Shown here piece after piece: positions 39,401 through 54,139 of a stretch of DNA of 64,000 nt (the first letter of the stretch is position 1; each line of letters starts with the position of its first letter). Position numbers and translations under genes: made by a program. This stretch comes from Balanoglossus misakiensis (taxonomy: Eukaryota > Animalia > Hemichordata). The notes beneath the pieces are model-generated. The model did not search any database and was not told the DNA's origin. It saw only the letters and a program-made list of their open reading frames with translations. Where the stretch lies: contig CM082584.2 of assembly GCA_040954595.2 (NCBI GenBank), forward strand, positions 10,200,190 through 10,264,189, written 5' to 3'.

Positions 39401-42400
39401 ACATGGAACTTTCACCACACAAGTGTGTGTCCCAAAATGTCAACCTCCCGTCCCTGAAAAAAATGATCGGGATTACTTCATGATGGTCATGCCATGCACG
39501 GCCTTATAGCAAGGATTCTGTGAGGATGAAAGGATTAGGAGGAATTTCTGAAGGAGAAAGCTGACTACTTGTCAGGTTTTCCAGTTTATTGCAGATATAA
39601 ACAGCACGCGCACATCAAATCAGTATACCCACACACTCATTCAAGTCATCGGCATGATGAGAAAAAAAACTACATTTAGGATCTCCAACATCCTTTCATT
39701 TTTGACAATAATAAAAAGTGCTGTGTCCCTGAAATTTGCTTTTAAGCCAGGTTTGGATCAAAGCGGGGTTTCCTTTCGCTTTGAGAGCAGAGAGCTATGA
39801 TACAATAGGTCTTGACATCTTGTCGCAGCAGATGTAAACAGGCCTTGACATCTTCGCTGCAGCTTCAAAAACGGCTGCCAAACTCCATCAAATTCAAGAC
39901 GTGCCTACTTGATGCATTCAAAACGAAGCTACACATTATTTTCGAGTCATCAATTTTTTTTTTTTTTGCAGTCGTTTGATGAAACCGAGCTTTCTTCAAC
40001 ATGAAGTGGTTTGCCTGTCTGTGGAGACTGACACCCCGCTACGTTCAGACAGCCGACTCTAAAGGTGGAGTGTCTCAGCTAAGATTGTGCCTTGTTAACT
40101 GATTAGAGTCTTAAAAACCCCTGCAGCTACGCAACTACAGCAAGTATAATGGGTTTTCTCGCAGTATCATTGTCACAATACAGAGACTAATAAGCGCTAG
40201 CTCACAGGGCTTTTTTGTAAATACTTGTGCGTGTACCTTCAATACCTTCACATGCATTTTTCATTATACTACATATGTTGTACATCATTTCTTTTATATA
40301 ATTTCTGTAACCACACAAAAGAAACATATTTGGGATAAATTCAATCCAACAAAGTGACTCTCACGACCAGAACTGGGGATTTTATTGTCACAGTGGCAAA
40401 TTTCATGGGAATACTGAAGAACGAGACAAGTCATGCATGTTGTATGTAAACCAAAACAGATGATATTTCGGTGAATATGCAAATGACCTACCCCGTTGGC
40501 GTGTGCAGCGTCTACCAATTCCGTGAAATCGATGATATTTCCATTTGTGTCCGGGTACTGGAAGAGAACACCACAGAAGTCCCGGTTGCTGAAATCCATG
40601 TCTTCAAACTTGGCTGTCACAATTTCAACACCAATGGATCTATTGGATGAAGTCAAAATGTCGATTTTACTCAATCAAGTAAGGAGGTAGTCATCAAAAA
40701 CGTACATCATCTCCAGACCATTAATTTTATCATCCTCTGAGATTCAAATCAAACTCTAGAATCTGACAGACTCATCTCACACAAATCAAGGGGGTGAGAG
40801 GGTTAATGTACAAACATAATTTCATTCACAAAATGCATAAACAAACCAAAATATACTGAATGGGTGAACACACTTAATCAGTCAGAAACTTTGCATTTTA
40901 ATGGAAGTGAGGCATAAATAAATCTGCAACAAAATATCACAACCACGAAAATATTCAGCTGAATTATAATTAATCATTTTAAAATTTATTTGATGTGGGC
41001 GGATCTTTCTCTGATGTGAATATTTTCAACAATATTATGCAAAACGACACTACTACATGTGTCTAACACATTAGTATTCTACATGGAACCTCTATGTGCT
41101 CGTTTAAGAAATTTGCATCAATTAACTCAATTACGATACCCATCTGGAATAAAGTGCAATCATTCAGGCATGAAATCGTGACTTCGCAGAAAATGTGATA
41201 AGTCATGGTAACATAAAAAAGGTTGCATGCAAACTGAACGTTTTAGAAATTTTTTACATATGAAAGGTGTGCAAATGGCTATTAGAGAGCCACACAAAAA
41301 AGAAAGAAAATACCATGGTACTCTAAGATATTTGAATAACACACAATGGAAGTACAGAATCCCTGACTTCGACGAGATTGCCAAACAGATTACCCTCAGC
41401 GGGTAATAAGCACATTTTTTTAGAATACTATTATTAAAGTCAGCAATTTTGCAATGCACACTCATATTCTTTAAATATCTGTTTAATTTACATTTTTGTG
41501 AAGTACAGTACGCAAGTCAGTGTCTATGACCGGCAAAGGCTTGGAATTTTTTTTCTGTCGTGTTGTGTCGTGTCATGTTGTTTTATCGAGTCTGCATAAT
41601 GACTTGATACCGTGTCAACTTGACCAGTAATCAGGTTAGCTGTCTTTCGGGAAAACGCGCTATCACATCGGCAAGAGGGAATTCCTTGGAAAATAACTGT
41701 CTGTCTCAGTTTCCTAAACTGGCGCAAACCGAAATCCATCACGGCAAATTCCCAATAATTACTGACTTGTCAACACTTCAATGGAGGCTTGACAGTTACA
41801 AGTAGTCCCCACGGTGTCAGTCAGATGGATGCATTCGCAGTAATTAAACAGCTTTGCTGTACAGATCAGCAAGAAGGGCGGACAGGTGAGATTGTCCTGT
41901 CTGCCCGGAATGGAAACACACACGGAATGCTATCTAAGGGTCCGGATTAGTATTCCATGCACAAAGTTAGGAATGGAACGAATATTGATGGACAGACGCA
42001 CTAAATCCTGATATGTCCTCCCATTTTACTTGAGATTATACAAGAATAGAAAAAGAAGATACAAAGCTAATTTTTCTCAATCCTGTGTGACTGTTCAATC
42101 CCTGTTTCACAAACCCTGCATGAAATATTAGATTGTAGAATGGATAATGATGTCAAGCTGCCCCTGGCATTTTTCCCTGCAGTGTCCGTTTTATTTTCCC
42201 AGAAGTTTCTCCATGACTCATTTCATTTTCCCACAGACCGCCTACATTGAAAACCACCATTCATTTTAATATACATTCCGGCACTTCAAGGAAATGAAGA
42301 CCTCTTGCAAAATTGCCACAATGAATTACAAACACCCAACACAGTATCGCAGTTCCTGTAGAAGTATATTAAAGGAAAATACAGCTGGCCCGTGTATTTT

Positions 42401-45400
42401 TTTTTTCTGTTGAGGATATCATCACTGCATTGACCCCGTTTGAACCGATATGCCATCATAACTATTTTCTATAATATTCAATCCTATTATTAGACCTCCG
42501 GATGGTCTAATCTCCCCTGGCTTTGTTCAATTTAGCGGATATATTTCCATGGCGACTAATACTAATACAGTAAGCTGGACCGTCGCTATGGAGAGTAATT
42601 CGCCAGTTTGACGGTAGCCGGTTTCATCTAGGGCCATTATACTTACGCTGCTCTGGTGTTGACTACAGCCTGAGTCTGAGGGTGCAGCCGTGTGTCCATG
42701 TAAAATCGTCTTCTCTTGTTGTGCCTGTGAAAAGTATTAGGAAACACGAGATCTCCATTAGTGGATTAATTGCTCTACATAATGCTTTCCCTCGTACTGC
42801 AGCGCTTTAAGCTGTGACAAACTGAATGTTGTGTAAAGCTTTAATATCAGGTAGTACAGCAATACATGTAAATCACATAAAGTTTACAGAGGTCCACAGT
42901 AAACATACACACAGTCAAAGGATAGTAAAGACAAGTCATGTACATAATCCATACATCCATTTCACTACTTTTACTACCGGTCCTGTCCCTGTGATATTTC
43001 AGATCCATACAACAGCAAGCTCTGACATATACATCCCCAATCACTCAATTCATATCAATCTAAATTAATCTTTGTTTTCATTAAGTCACCCGTCATTCTT
43101 GGTCAAACCCAATGATTGGCAGGTTTTCTTCTGTTAACCACTTAGTACGTGTAGTTGTATTGTAAGGAATATCGTTGCACATAAAGGAACGACAACTAAC
43201 ATTTTACTTTGTGTAATATTTAATTACATTTTCACAAAGCACAAAGGCTTGAGCGAGCCCCACCAGAGAAATGATTGACAATGTTATTGAGACATAATGG
43301 CAATATGTGAGGGACACTCACACATGTGTTTTAATAAGAACACCAATTACATGTACATTACATACTGACATTGGCTTTTCATTTAAAATCGACACAGTCA
43401 CTCTTGTGTTAACACATTCTACATTTGTGTTTCAAATTATATCCTGGGCTGACACTCACGAAGGAGTCGTGGAAGGTAAAGATATCGCACACAGCAGTTA
43501 TACTGAAATGTCACGATATATCCACTCGTCATGACCTCGGATATATAGAAGTGTGCAAAATTAATGTTCGTTACATTGGGGGATTTTAAGCACTGGTGCC
43601 TTAGAAGGTCAAAACAATTCCCAAATGCGTATAAACTGTCAATTCATATCAAATAGTGATACAAGGTATTACTGACACACAGCAGCTGATTTCCAACTTC
43701 TAAATAATAAATGACTTACATAAAGACATCCATGGCAGTGAAAATCTGAACAAAACCTGCAGACTGAAATTTGAACCACAGCTGCATCGGCGGACCGATT
43801 ACGTTGATCAGATAGCATGTCACTGACAATAACATCATCTGGAGATTTCCACTTTTTTTCAGGTAGGAATCACCAGGCATATTGGAAGCATGCATTAATA
43901 TTTCAAGCAGATAAGAAATCCATCCTGGGAAACAAATTTCTGTATGAATTATTAGAAACAAGCATTGTAGGCATAAATGTAGCTATTAATATTGTAATAA
44001 TACACCGGTCGGTCCTCATCAGTGCAGTTTGAACTGAATGGCCAACTCATCTCAAATTGCTTTTTATTTTTTATTTCATTTTTGTCATGGCATGATGCAT
44101 TCATGTTGGAACAGGATAAAGTATGAGAAGTGTCGATAAGGGGTAAATTGACTCAGGGAGGAGGGGGAGACAGAGAGAGCAAGTAAGAATTCCAATCTTA
44201 GTTATTATTACATAATATGTCTCTCATCTGTTGCGACAAACAGCAAAACCATACAACCTTTATGATGGCACCAAATACGGACACAAAAACTGAATCAATT
44301 GTCCAAATGTGAATGCCAGTAAGTAGTGGTAATGATGCGAGTAATACGAGCTCGTATTGAAAGGTGGGATCCCTGTCTTTTACAAATGAGGTACTCTCAT
44401 ACATACAACTGCAGAAGTAAATTGATTCAGGTACTCGCTCTGTGTACAACAGTGCCACACAGGAACTGGAAAATCATTATCGTGAAATGGCAATTACACG
44501 TTGCCAAATTATCATACATCAAATGGTTGCTGTGGTGTTGTTTACACACTATAATGTTTCAGGTAACATTATATTTTGCAGGCTTTGACGTACATACATG
44601 ACTACATACAGATGTGTGTACTGTACCTTGGAGCCAATTACATCTGGTCTCTCGTCAACCAATCACGGCTCCTGTCTCTTACCTGTAACAAACTGCCATG
44701 GCTTCTGCGGCGGCAGTGGACTCGTCCAAGAGCGATGCGTTTGCAATATCCAGACCCGTCATGTCAGCCACCATGGTTTGATAGTTCAGCAAACTTTCCA
44801 ATCTGCCTTGAGCAACCTCTGGTTGGTAGGGTGTGTACTGTGTCGTCCTGAAAAAAGACATCAAAACTTCAGAAATTTTTCTTTTAATTTAATGACTGAT
44901 GTTCTCACAAGGGCCTGGCACATGACAGTCAGAGGCCTGGAACAGAGCTGATTGCAATGTACATTAGAAACAGGCAGTCACTAGACAGAATCAGAGCTAG
45001 TTACATCCCTGTCAATCTCTGAACATCAAGCGCCCATTCTTGATCACTGAAGCGCATCTTTTACAACATAAAGTGGTGATATAGATTTGCCAGGTACACC
45101 ATTCCACACTTATGTGTACTGTTTCGTACATCCTGACACATTACAGGCAGTAAATACTAGGTGGAAATTTCATTGGAAATGCTTTGTTAACTTTCCTAAT
45201 GCACTGCCAATTTGGACCAGTATACTGTGTCTATTTCAGCACCACAATATTGCCACAACACTTCTGTTTACTATTACCAAGTTCTGTCGAACTTTTTCCA
45301 CACAGTTGGACATTATGGCTTGTCTACATCGACTGCAGTCAAAACGAGATTTTTCAGCTTGGTTTGCTTCAATGCATGAATAGCTTTGTGAAGCAGCAAG

Positions 45401-48400
45401 ACAGGAAGCGAACTGCAATGGTGCTCACTCAGCTTTAATATGTACAAACTGGTACCTCAAATACCAATAAACGGTAAAACTCTAGAGATATTACGCGAAA
45501 CGTGATGGCTCTCCCATTTCCACGGCAACCACGGCACAATCGTTGATGAACTAGACGCAGATGGCACTGCTTTGACACCTCAAATTTGATAACGAACACA
45601 GAGCCTTCAGATGCACATCCACTATGGCAAGTGTCATACGTTGCCATGGAGACAGCCTCCGATTAAAAGAGGACTGCGTTTCTGTGTTTGTCTCAATCTC
45701 AGGTATCAGTGGCTTCATCGATGATGCACGCGGAGTAGGCACCTCTTAAACTGTGACTCACACTTCGCCCTAGGTGACTTGAAACAATTATATTACTCTC
45801 CTTGAAAAACAATCAGGGGGAAAAGTCATTTTTTTTCAAATGTTCGCTCAGCAAAGCCATCACCATTTACCCCCTGAGGTCGCAATGCATACTGATACCT
45901 GAATACATAAATGAGTTTCAAGACTGGATTTGAGGCAGGGGTTCTTGAATGTGAAAGTTAAACGCAAATTACTCTTTCATTTTTCCAAAATAATTCAGAC
46001 ATTAATCAAATCTTGGATGTATATAATGCAATCTGTGTTTTTGAAAAAAATGTACTCAGTACCCTGAGGCTCATTAACTTTATTCTTACACTGTGACTGT
46101 AACACAAAACTATATTCACGTCAAAAGTTGAATAATAGACGCATACATCATTACATGCACCTCTCCCAATTTCCTGTCATGATAATCATAAGAAAATTAT
46201 TAATAAATGATTTAATCCAGAATTATAACAGGACAAAAGAAAAGCAATTTCCATGTTGCTTCACATGACAAACGATTGTGAAAGAAAGAAGACTCCTGCA
46301 ATTTATTTTTGACAATGATGCTATTACTCAAAGTTGAAGTCAAGTTAATTTTTATTTCTATTGAATATTATCCCTGGGGAGCGATCTGAAATTCTGGGTG
46401 CTTTTACAGACCATGACCCGAGGTGCATGCGCTTTGAAAAACTTCACAATTTGGTTCATTCTTTCACAGTATCCGTGGCAACTGTATCAACATTTACTTG
46501 CTAATTACAAACACGGACAATTGAAAAGCGTATGTCAGGTACACGATCAATGAACATTATAAAAACCCTCCTCTAAAGGAAGTAAAATTTTAAAAATACC
46601 GGTATATCTTGCTCCATAGTATAAACTCATACGTAATTAAAATTCCAGTGATGTACTACGTGCAAATTATCACACACGCAATCCACCAGATTTGTATCAC
46701 TGAATTAGTGAACCGTGTATTGACCAATAATTTATCAGTCAAATTTTGACATGTTGCAAGCCATCTGATGTCAAGCATGAGCAGCACTAGTACAAATATT
46801 AGTTTGATACATAATTTATTATCAAAATTCAGGAATGTAGAGCGAGCAACCTCTTATCAGGCTACATTCGCTCTGTGTGCTTTCACTGATGGACTGGCTG
46901 AGTGGATTAGGTCAGATCGAGTCCCGGATCCTGATTTTATCGACTGTTTTCCTGTCTGGAATCCCGCTAACGTTTGACGGAAATCTCACTGGTTTTACTG
47001 CGACATAATAAAACCTGTCACAGCACCATTTACAACACTCTCCTGCAATCCTTTATCAACTCTCCAACACGGGCGTTGGCCAAACATTTTTTTTTTTACT
47101 GCCAAACAGAACAATTTTTTATTACTGTTTGGATTGCATCTGAAGTCTTATTACTGATATGATGTACTGATATTTTGTGATCAATTTTAATAAGCAATAA
47201 CCCCTGCCGCAGGCTCATACAACAATGGTGACATGTATGGATGGACAAATATGAAGTTTAGATAAACCAGTTAAATAAGTTTAGATAAACCAATTATTTG
47301 GGTTGCATTTCATTATCTTGAAAACCTAGTTGACCTCACATGTGGTCACTGTCACAAAGGCCTGGTCATTTCAGTTTCACAGAATGTGGTCACTTTTAGG
47401 ACCCTGCGGTCATTTTCTCACATCCAGTGGAGCAGGAAGTTCAGTCACTCTGTGCATCGACTGTTTCACATTATGCTGACTTGACATTTTCAGCCATTTT
47501 CCTTTAATATGTCAAAACTCAACAGCAGCACAAACAGCTGTGCGTGCCACCGTCAGATAACAGAACCTACGGTTGTGGTGACACACTTATTATCGACGAC
47601 CCCTGACCTCCAAGTAGAGAAATTTTAACCTTGATTATTTTTTAGCTTCTGGTAGTTCCTGTCGTACTGGGGGGAGCAGGTCAGTTCCGTACCCCAAGGG
47701 AAAGGGGTGTGTTTCTGTTTTAACCCTGGAAAATGTATGGCTAAACATGTTGTGATTGAAATTTCTAGCACATGAAATTTATGACACACGGTGAAGTAAG
47801 AAACAATGATATTGACTGACGTGGCCTCGGTGGTACACTACAGCAGTGATAACGATTTGAAGTGGGTTTACAACGAAAGGGGATTGGGTCAAGCAGGCAA
47901 CAAGGTGAACCCTATCCTCGAAAATTAGGTCAACAATATTCTGTTCCTTAAAAAGAACTTGAAAAAGCTCTTCAAGGAGCCTTGTACACCCGAGAACGAG
48001 ATCATTGGCATTTAATTACAATAAATACAGGCACGGCCATGTGATAATAAATCTTAGTTTGCCAACTGCTTTGAAGGACAGATTTGTAGATTGAAGTTCA
48101 CTATCTCTGCAAACTGAAGTCCATGTATGTACAGGAACATAGCAGTACTTTTCACCAACTTTGCTTTTCAGATTTTACTGATTTAGTGATTTTGCATCGT
48201 GTCACAAGTCACTTTGATAAAAAGGTTTTAACTTGAAGAGCTCTTCGAAGTTCAAGGTTATTTTTATTCAAAAGATTTGTCACTGACACTACTGGTCCAC
48301 AGTGTTCGTTCACCTAGCTCATATACAAGCAATGACTCTCGCCATCAGAACTGTTTGCCCAGTGTTGTCAGATATAAGATTGATCAGTGTTTTCCATATC

Positions 48401-51400
48401 CGCGTCACGTCAATATATCACACACCTGCAATCCGGATATCAATATCTTGCTTGTGAGTCGATTGAGACTCTTAGTTTACTCTCCGACTGTTCTGCACAT
48501 TTGCATATATCCAGGTCTCCAATACACAGGAAAGTGTGCACCTTTTACAGAAACATGGCTATTTCCCTTCTATTTTTCATTCTGTCACATAATTCAACAA
48601 TTTATTGCATGTAGCAGTACTACTACTGTAACAATAATTTATTGTCGAAGCATTGAATTATATGTGCCCAGTGTGTTCATCAAAAGTAGGTTACACATAC
48701 ATGTATATAAGGCGGCCCTAATGCATTATCAGGAAAGCTTTTTCACAGCTGTTCTTGACAATTCCACTCATGAACTTACCATCCCGGATTTTCCAGGATA
48801 TTTCTTTTGATGGTGGTGGGAATTGTGCAGTTGTAGTAACCCATCCCGATGTAGCTTCTCCAAACCTTGTTTTTGGATGCGATCTTGGACAGGTTATCGA
48901 GCACGTCATTTTCACCTGTAATATGAAAAAAACATTTCTTTATTCCTTGCTCTTTTGTGAAAAATCAACAACATATACCATGAGATAAGATCGAAATCTT
49001 CTCACTGCACGCCCATAGCCTGAGTTGATTGCCCACATTATGTAACTGAATATCAGCAGATGGAGTCTAGAAACATCATAGAACCAATTTTTATTCCGGT
49101 AGTTAGAACTGGCAACAGAGGTCAGCAAAACTGTTACACCAACTCACTGCGTTACACAACCTACTCAAGGGCTCTCAAAACCAGGTCATCACATCGTGAC
49201 ACCAGGCACAGGTTAATGACGCTACTGTTTGTTGACTTGTTGATGTGACTTTTGAAACCTTAGATACGGAAGTACGCATGAAAAAAAAAAAAAAATCGCA
49301 AAAAAATACAAACATTGGTGCATTTTGAACAGGACGAGGGGTTGCTGAATTGAAGGCTTTAAAAGCCGTACTCTTCACAGGGCCCTAACCATATGGAAAT
49401 GCCAGTGAATTGAACTTTCAATGGAAGAATCTTCAATAGAAGGACTTTGATATGTCGCAATGTCGGCGCAGGCAACATAACAAATGACCAGCCCCTAATG
49501 GACAGATCTGTTTCTGCCCAGCAGACTAGGAAAGTCACTTCAACACTGTAAATAAACTGGTGGGCTGATTGCTACTGAGGCTAGACTGGTGATCTTTTTG
49601 TTATTATGCCCAGGAGATAGTTGATCTGAAAGGGATTTGCTCACCCCTGGTTTGGCAGAAAGTCAGCACAGGCAAATGCATCCACTGATGTAAACAACAT
49701 GATCTGGTTCAGTTAGCACCTAGACCAGGGTTTATGATTAGAAATCTGTTTATGCAATGAACAGAAGCAGTTCCAAGACCTTGGATGACCCTGTTTACTC
49801 AGATGGCCACTGCTTAACATTATGAGGTCGGACTGAACTGTTACTGCGACCTTGCCGGCCTGACCTTGTTTATCACCGGTCAGTCCCTGGAACATTCCTG
49901 ACTGTGAAGTAGCACGGCAACTCACAGCAGGTGATTTTCATGTCTTATTTGCATACAATCGAAATGACCCCGCCCACTGGAAGGTCTTTAACTTTTTTAT
50001 GACTCGCACAGAGAGCTTCCATTGTAGGACTGCACTCAATGATTTCCCACCACGTTCAATACGTTGGGTGGAACTTCTGGCCAAGTTTTTCACTGTATTC
50101 TTCTTCTTTGCGTTAACTATTTCTTGTTAATTATTTCCCATAATGCCACTGTTATAATTGAGGCATTATTATTTGGTAACCGTATTTAATTTAAGTCGGT
50201 CAGTCTCACCTGACAAACTCATCTGTCATTTTGATAAAGATGAGCCCACGAAGTACGGTTAAACAACAACCATACAGAGTCAACATCAATGTTTTATATG
50301 AAGCCGTGTCAGTTTCTGGGACTGCCAAATGTGACCTCAATAGATAGCTTTCTCAGGGGTTCAAAGCGAACAAAATACAGCTAGGACTACGCTAGACGTC
50401 ATGGAGTACATGTCAAATACGTAACTACATACCAGCAACTTACACCTTTACGACAAATTGTAACCTTTGACCCAGCTTTCACTTCATATCACTTACAATT
50501 TACACTGGCAGTTCAAGTGGCCTCATTATATAAACTCAAGAAACCACAGCCCTTTAAATGCGAGTTGGAACCCACAGCAAATGAAGGATCTAGTCTGAAG
50601 AGCAAGAAAGTATGTACTGCAAATTTCAGCAGGCAAAGTTTTATTCGTCCTTGAAATGAACAACCGTGGTCGTCAATGGAAATCAATAAAATGAAGGATT
50701 TCATATTAAATGAGATAAAAGTGTCAATATCATCCAGAATGTACAACAGCTATTGATTTTGTGAGAGTTGAATATGCATTGGTAACAATACCAATTGCAT
50801 TTCACAAACGATAGCTACGTTACTTGTTTAAATAAAAGTCAGAGTGATCTTTGAAGGCACCAATTGCACAGTGGGCAGTGGGTCAAAGGTCACGCAGGTC
50901 AATACCCTTAGAAAATAAGTGTGATACACTTTACAGACAGTCATTTGAGGTGGTAATTAACAACTGATGTAACAAGTCATTTCCAATGCTTCAAGTTCAA
51001 ACTCTGAACAGACGAAACATCCTTTTGTCCTTAACTAATCTGGATTAAATAACTACTGCTGCCTGATTCAAAGAGAATTCTGGCCATTATTGTCCCACAC
51101 CTTCGTTATGCAAATACTCGTTCATATGCAAATTGCTAAGCAACAGAATTTCCCAGTCGTGCGGTTGACACATGCCGATGAGTGACACACGTGGCTGGGC
51201 TGTTCCTGCTCCGTTCTGACATGATAAACAGTCGGCCACGCATGCACTTACAACGTGTTACATGATTGGCTCGACACAGTTGAAGCGTATGGCTCTCTCA
51301 GAAAACGATACAGTACACCAGAATCATATGTCATCACCATGGAGTAGTATCACTTGTTACCCAGCGCATAAATTTAGCTGTTTCTGTCTAAAAGTTCTAC

Positions 51401-53155
51401 TGTTATGATACCCATATATATGTATTTACTGTTCACCACCTGATGATTTGTAGGCCGGCTATTTTCATTACGACCCTTGACCCCATCCCAGCTGCCATCA
51501 ACAGCAGTAAAAGTACGAAATCAACAATAAGTGGTTGCATGCACTGTCATCTCCAAACTCCAATTGCCAGAAAACACAAAAGCCAAGAGGATCACTATCT
51601 GGCATTCAGACAAGCCTCCAATATTGATAATCTTATTATATAACACTTTCATGATTAAGAGACACCACCCAAGTAGTAAGTTGCAGTTGTATATATAGCT
51701 ATATTGGTAAGGAGGAGCCGGGAGAAAGTGGCAAAAATCTGACAAACGAGTTGAGAAGACAATGATGTGCACTTGTTTCACTGCCCCAAATGGCAATGTT
51801 GCCATGGCGACAGCTCCACTTGGTTGCCACCTGGAAGCAGAGTGGAGGTTGGGTGATGCACAGCTACATGTATTGCAAAGTAACAAGATTTACATAGAAC
51901 AATGTAATCTGTCTGATTGCTACCACAAACAACAAAAGCAAGGCACATTATTGGCACGTATGTGTGTGCTTTCAGTGATTAATGGGAGACTGCTACTTGG
52001 TGGTTCAAATGTTTTCTGGTACATAAGATATGTCTTCTATTTTTAGAGATGATTATCTTCTGTAATGCGAACACTGCATGAAGTCCACAGTTTGCAATTG
52101 GTTTTGGTTTGCAATGAAAGTGAAACTAGAATTTAAAAAAAAACACCACACAGTATTGTTAATTTATTCCATTATTAAAACAACTGTACTTACACACTGA
52201 AGGATCCAAGTTCAGTTCACGGTCAAACCGGATGTTCTGAGGAACAACCTTATCAACAAGCTCTTCCAAACTCTGATAATTAAAGCAAAAAAAAACATTG
52301 AAAAAGTTAGCAGGAAACAATCCGGGCGAGCTGTTTTAAAATATCCTAATTTACCCTTGTGCTGTGCTTAAATTTCACCTCTCTTTATTATGGAGTCATG
52401 ATCTCCTGATACACTTTAGAACAAAGTTTTTTCAAGGTCATGTCCTTAAAATAAGTTCACGCTTTCATTTGACTCGAACATTACAGTATTGCTTTTTTAT
52501 GAAAATCACATGGAAAGGGGTACTTATAATTTCCCTGTCGTGATAAACTCCAGAACTTAAAGTACTTGTGGATACCTGCAACTTGTAATGAGAGAGCGCA
52601 CCAAAAAGGGGGCGTGGCCTGTGATACGGTTCTGCGCTCATCAAAACTCATCAAAACATTGACAATTCTCGCACACAAAAGTATGAAGAAAGTGATTCAG
52701 TGCATAGGAAAAAGCCGTCAAATCGCCGGCACTAGTCCATACAGATTAAGGTCGAGGGCGTTCACTATTCAATAACACAGTCCTTCACCATTTAACCCTT
52801 CTGTGTAACAATACGTCAGTACTTGCCAATTGTTTTCCAAATAAGGAATAGCAACTGGAAATGGCGCACTGCGCAATACATAGGTTACAAAACGAAGAGA
52901 AATTGAAATCGGACATACCTTTAGCCCAATAGTATCCAGCATCTCCGCGGTTTCCTTCGCGTTTGGCCCGATGTGTCTATCACCGAAGTGATCGTGTCTC
53001 GGATAAAGTTTATCGAAAGCGGCAGACGACGATCTGCTGCTGCAGACGCGCACTGGGTTAGCAGAAGTTAACTTTGCGGGAAGCGTCTTACACAATCCTC
53101 TGCCGATTTTTGACGCGGCTCGGGAAGCCGCGACGAGTTGCGACGTCCTGTACAT
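27468..53155 (-). CDS. GLDC: Glycine dehydrogenase (decarboxylating), glycine cleavage system P protein, mitochondrial
   Basis: Exons include 53155-52919, 52272-52194, 48915-48780, 44847-44683, 42724-42647, 40639-40492, 37697-37501, 33359-33263, then closely spaced exons down to 27620-27468. Motifs [80 protein letters not shown] (PLP Lys), [18 protein letters not shown]. An upstream in-frame ATG at 53227 is an alternative start. Confidence 0.97.
34415..34470. repeat. Perfect 25-bp inverted repeat with 6-nt loop in a GLDC intron
   Basis: CACTATATTGAAATTGTTTGTTCAT-aattag-ATGAACAAACAATTTCAATATAGTG. Confidence 0.92.
36177..36915. repeat. 78-bp direct repeat pair (36177-36254 and 36838-36915) in a GLDC intron
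   Basis: TCAATGGGCAAACACTGACTGACCCATAAGCTGCC...TAGAACAGCTGGCC occurs twice with one C/T difference. Confidence 0.92.
36436..36482. repeat. 17-bp perfect inverted repeat with 13-nt loop
   Basis: ATTGTTGTTGGGTCCCA-ttggtatgtaaat-TGGGACCCAACAACAAT. Confidence 0.88.
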
Positions 53156-54139
53156 CTTGAATCGTGGCGAGAAGGACGCAACCGTAAAATTTCTGATCCA
53201 AGCTGCACGGTGGTGGCACCCGCTCACCAGCTCTGATAGAAATGATCGAGTATCTGATTTGTGAACACACAGTGCAGCGTACTCGGCGCAATGAACAATT
53301 GTTGGTCATATGACCTTGAGAACAGTAATGTGCGCTCTCATCAGCCAATCACCAGTCGGAATAATACTGACGTCAGACCACACCCCCTTGTTTATATGAA
53401 TCAGCTGATCCGAGGAAACGACTTGTTTTGCCTATACATACACATAAACTCGCCAAATAAGGTTTAATACTCAGTGCGGTGACCGATTTACAACATATCA
53501 CGCTGTAGATGCACCGTCATATGTGCCATCAAATAAAATTTTGAAATAAAACGCGTGAAATAAACAATAAAATCGCCAACCAGCACATCGATGTGCGTCC
53601 AGGATCCAATGACTCAAGTTATCATATTCCGATATTTCGTCTGCAAACGTGTATGTAGAGAATAAAGGTTTATGAATATGAATATAACCAATACAATTTT
53701 ATTTACATACAGGCAGGATTGTGTCTATGTTCATTAGACAATGAGACTACTACCCAGCCCAACTGAGGAACAGGGTGGATTTTTTATTTTCCTGGTATTT
53801 TTTTCCATGGTCGCCCAAGTAAACTTTAACTTTGATGTACATGTACTTTATTTTACAAATGAATGTGTCTAATCAAAGCTCTTATTTACTGTCTGTATCA
53901 CTCTGTTTACTCAACATTAAAATACATGATGTGCGTGATTCTCGTCTCGTCGCGCCGCGTGGATGTGAAAAGTGCAGTGCGCCACCACCAAATAAAGTGA
54001 CCTTTGACCGCTGACGTGTCTGTGAGTTGATTTCCGCATGTTAGTTGCAAGCGATGACGATGGCCACAAGCGTCTGCTATGGATGACCTCAGCTGGCCGA
54101 TGGTTTAGCCACAAGTCCGACACCACAGTATAGGTAAAG

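Noticed and set aside
41876-41906. 11-bp GC-rich stem-loop GGGCGGACAGG...CCTGTCTGCCC
   Set aside because: Too short to separate from chance in 64 kb; no associated element seen.
48277-48810. 177-aa plus-strand ORF inside GLDC
   Set aside because: Non-ATG start, no recognisable motif, intron-like composition, overlaps a GLDC exon antisense.
53156-53500. Glycine riboswitch upstream of GLDC
   Set aside because: Spliced animal gene; no tandem aptamer consensus seen.
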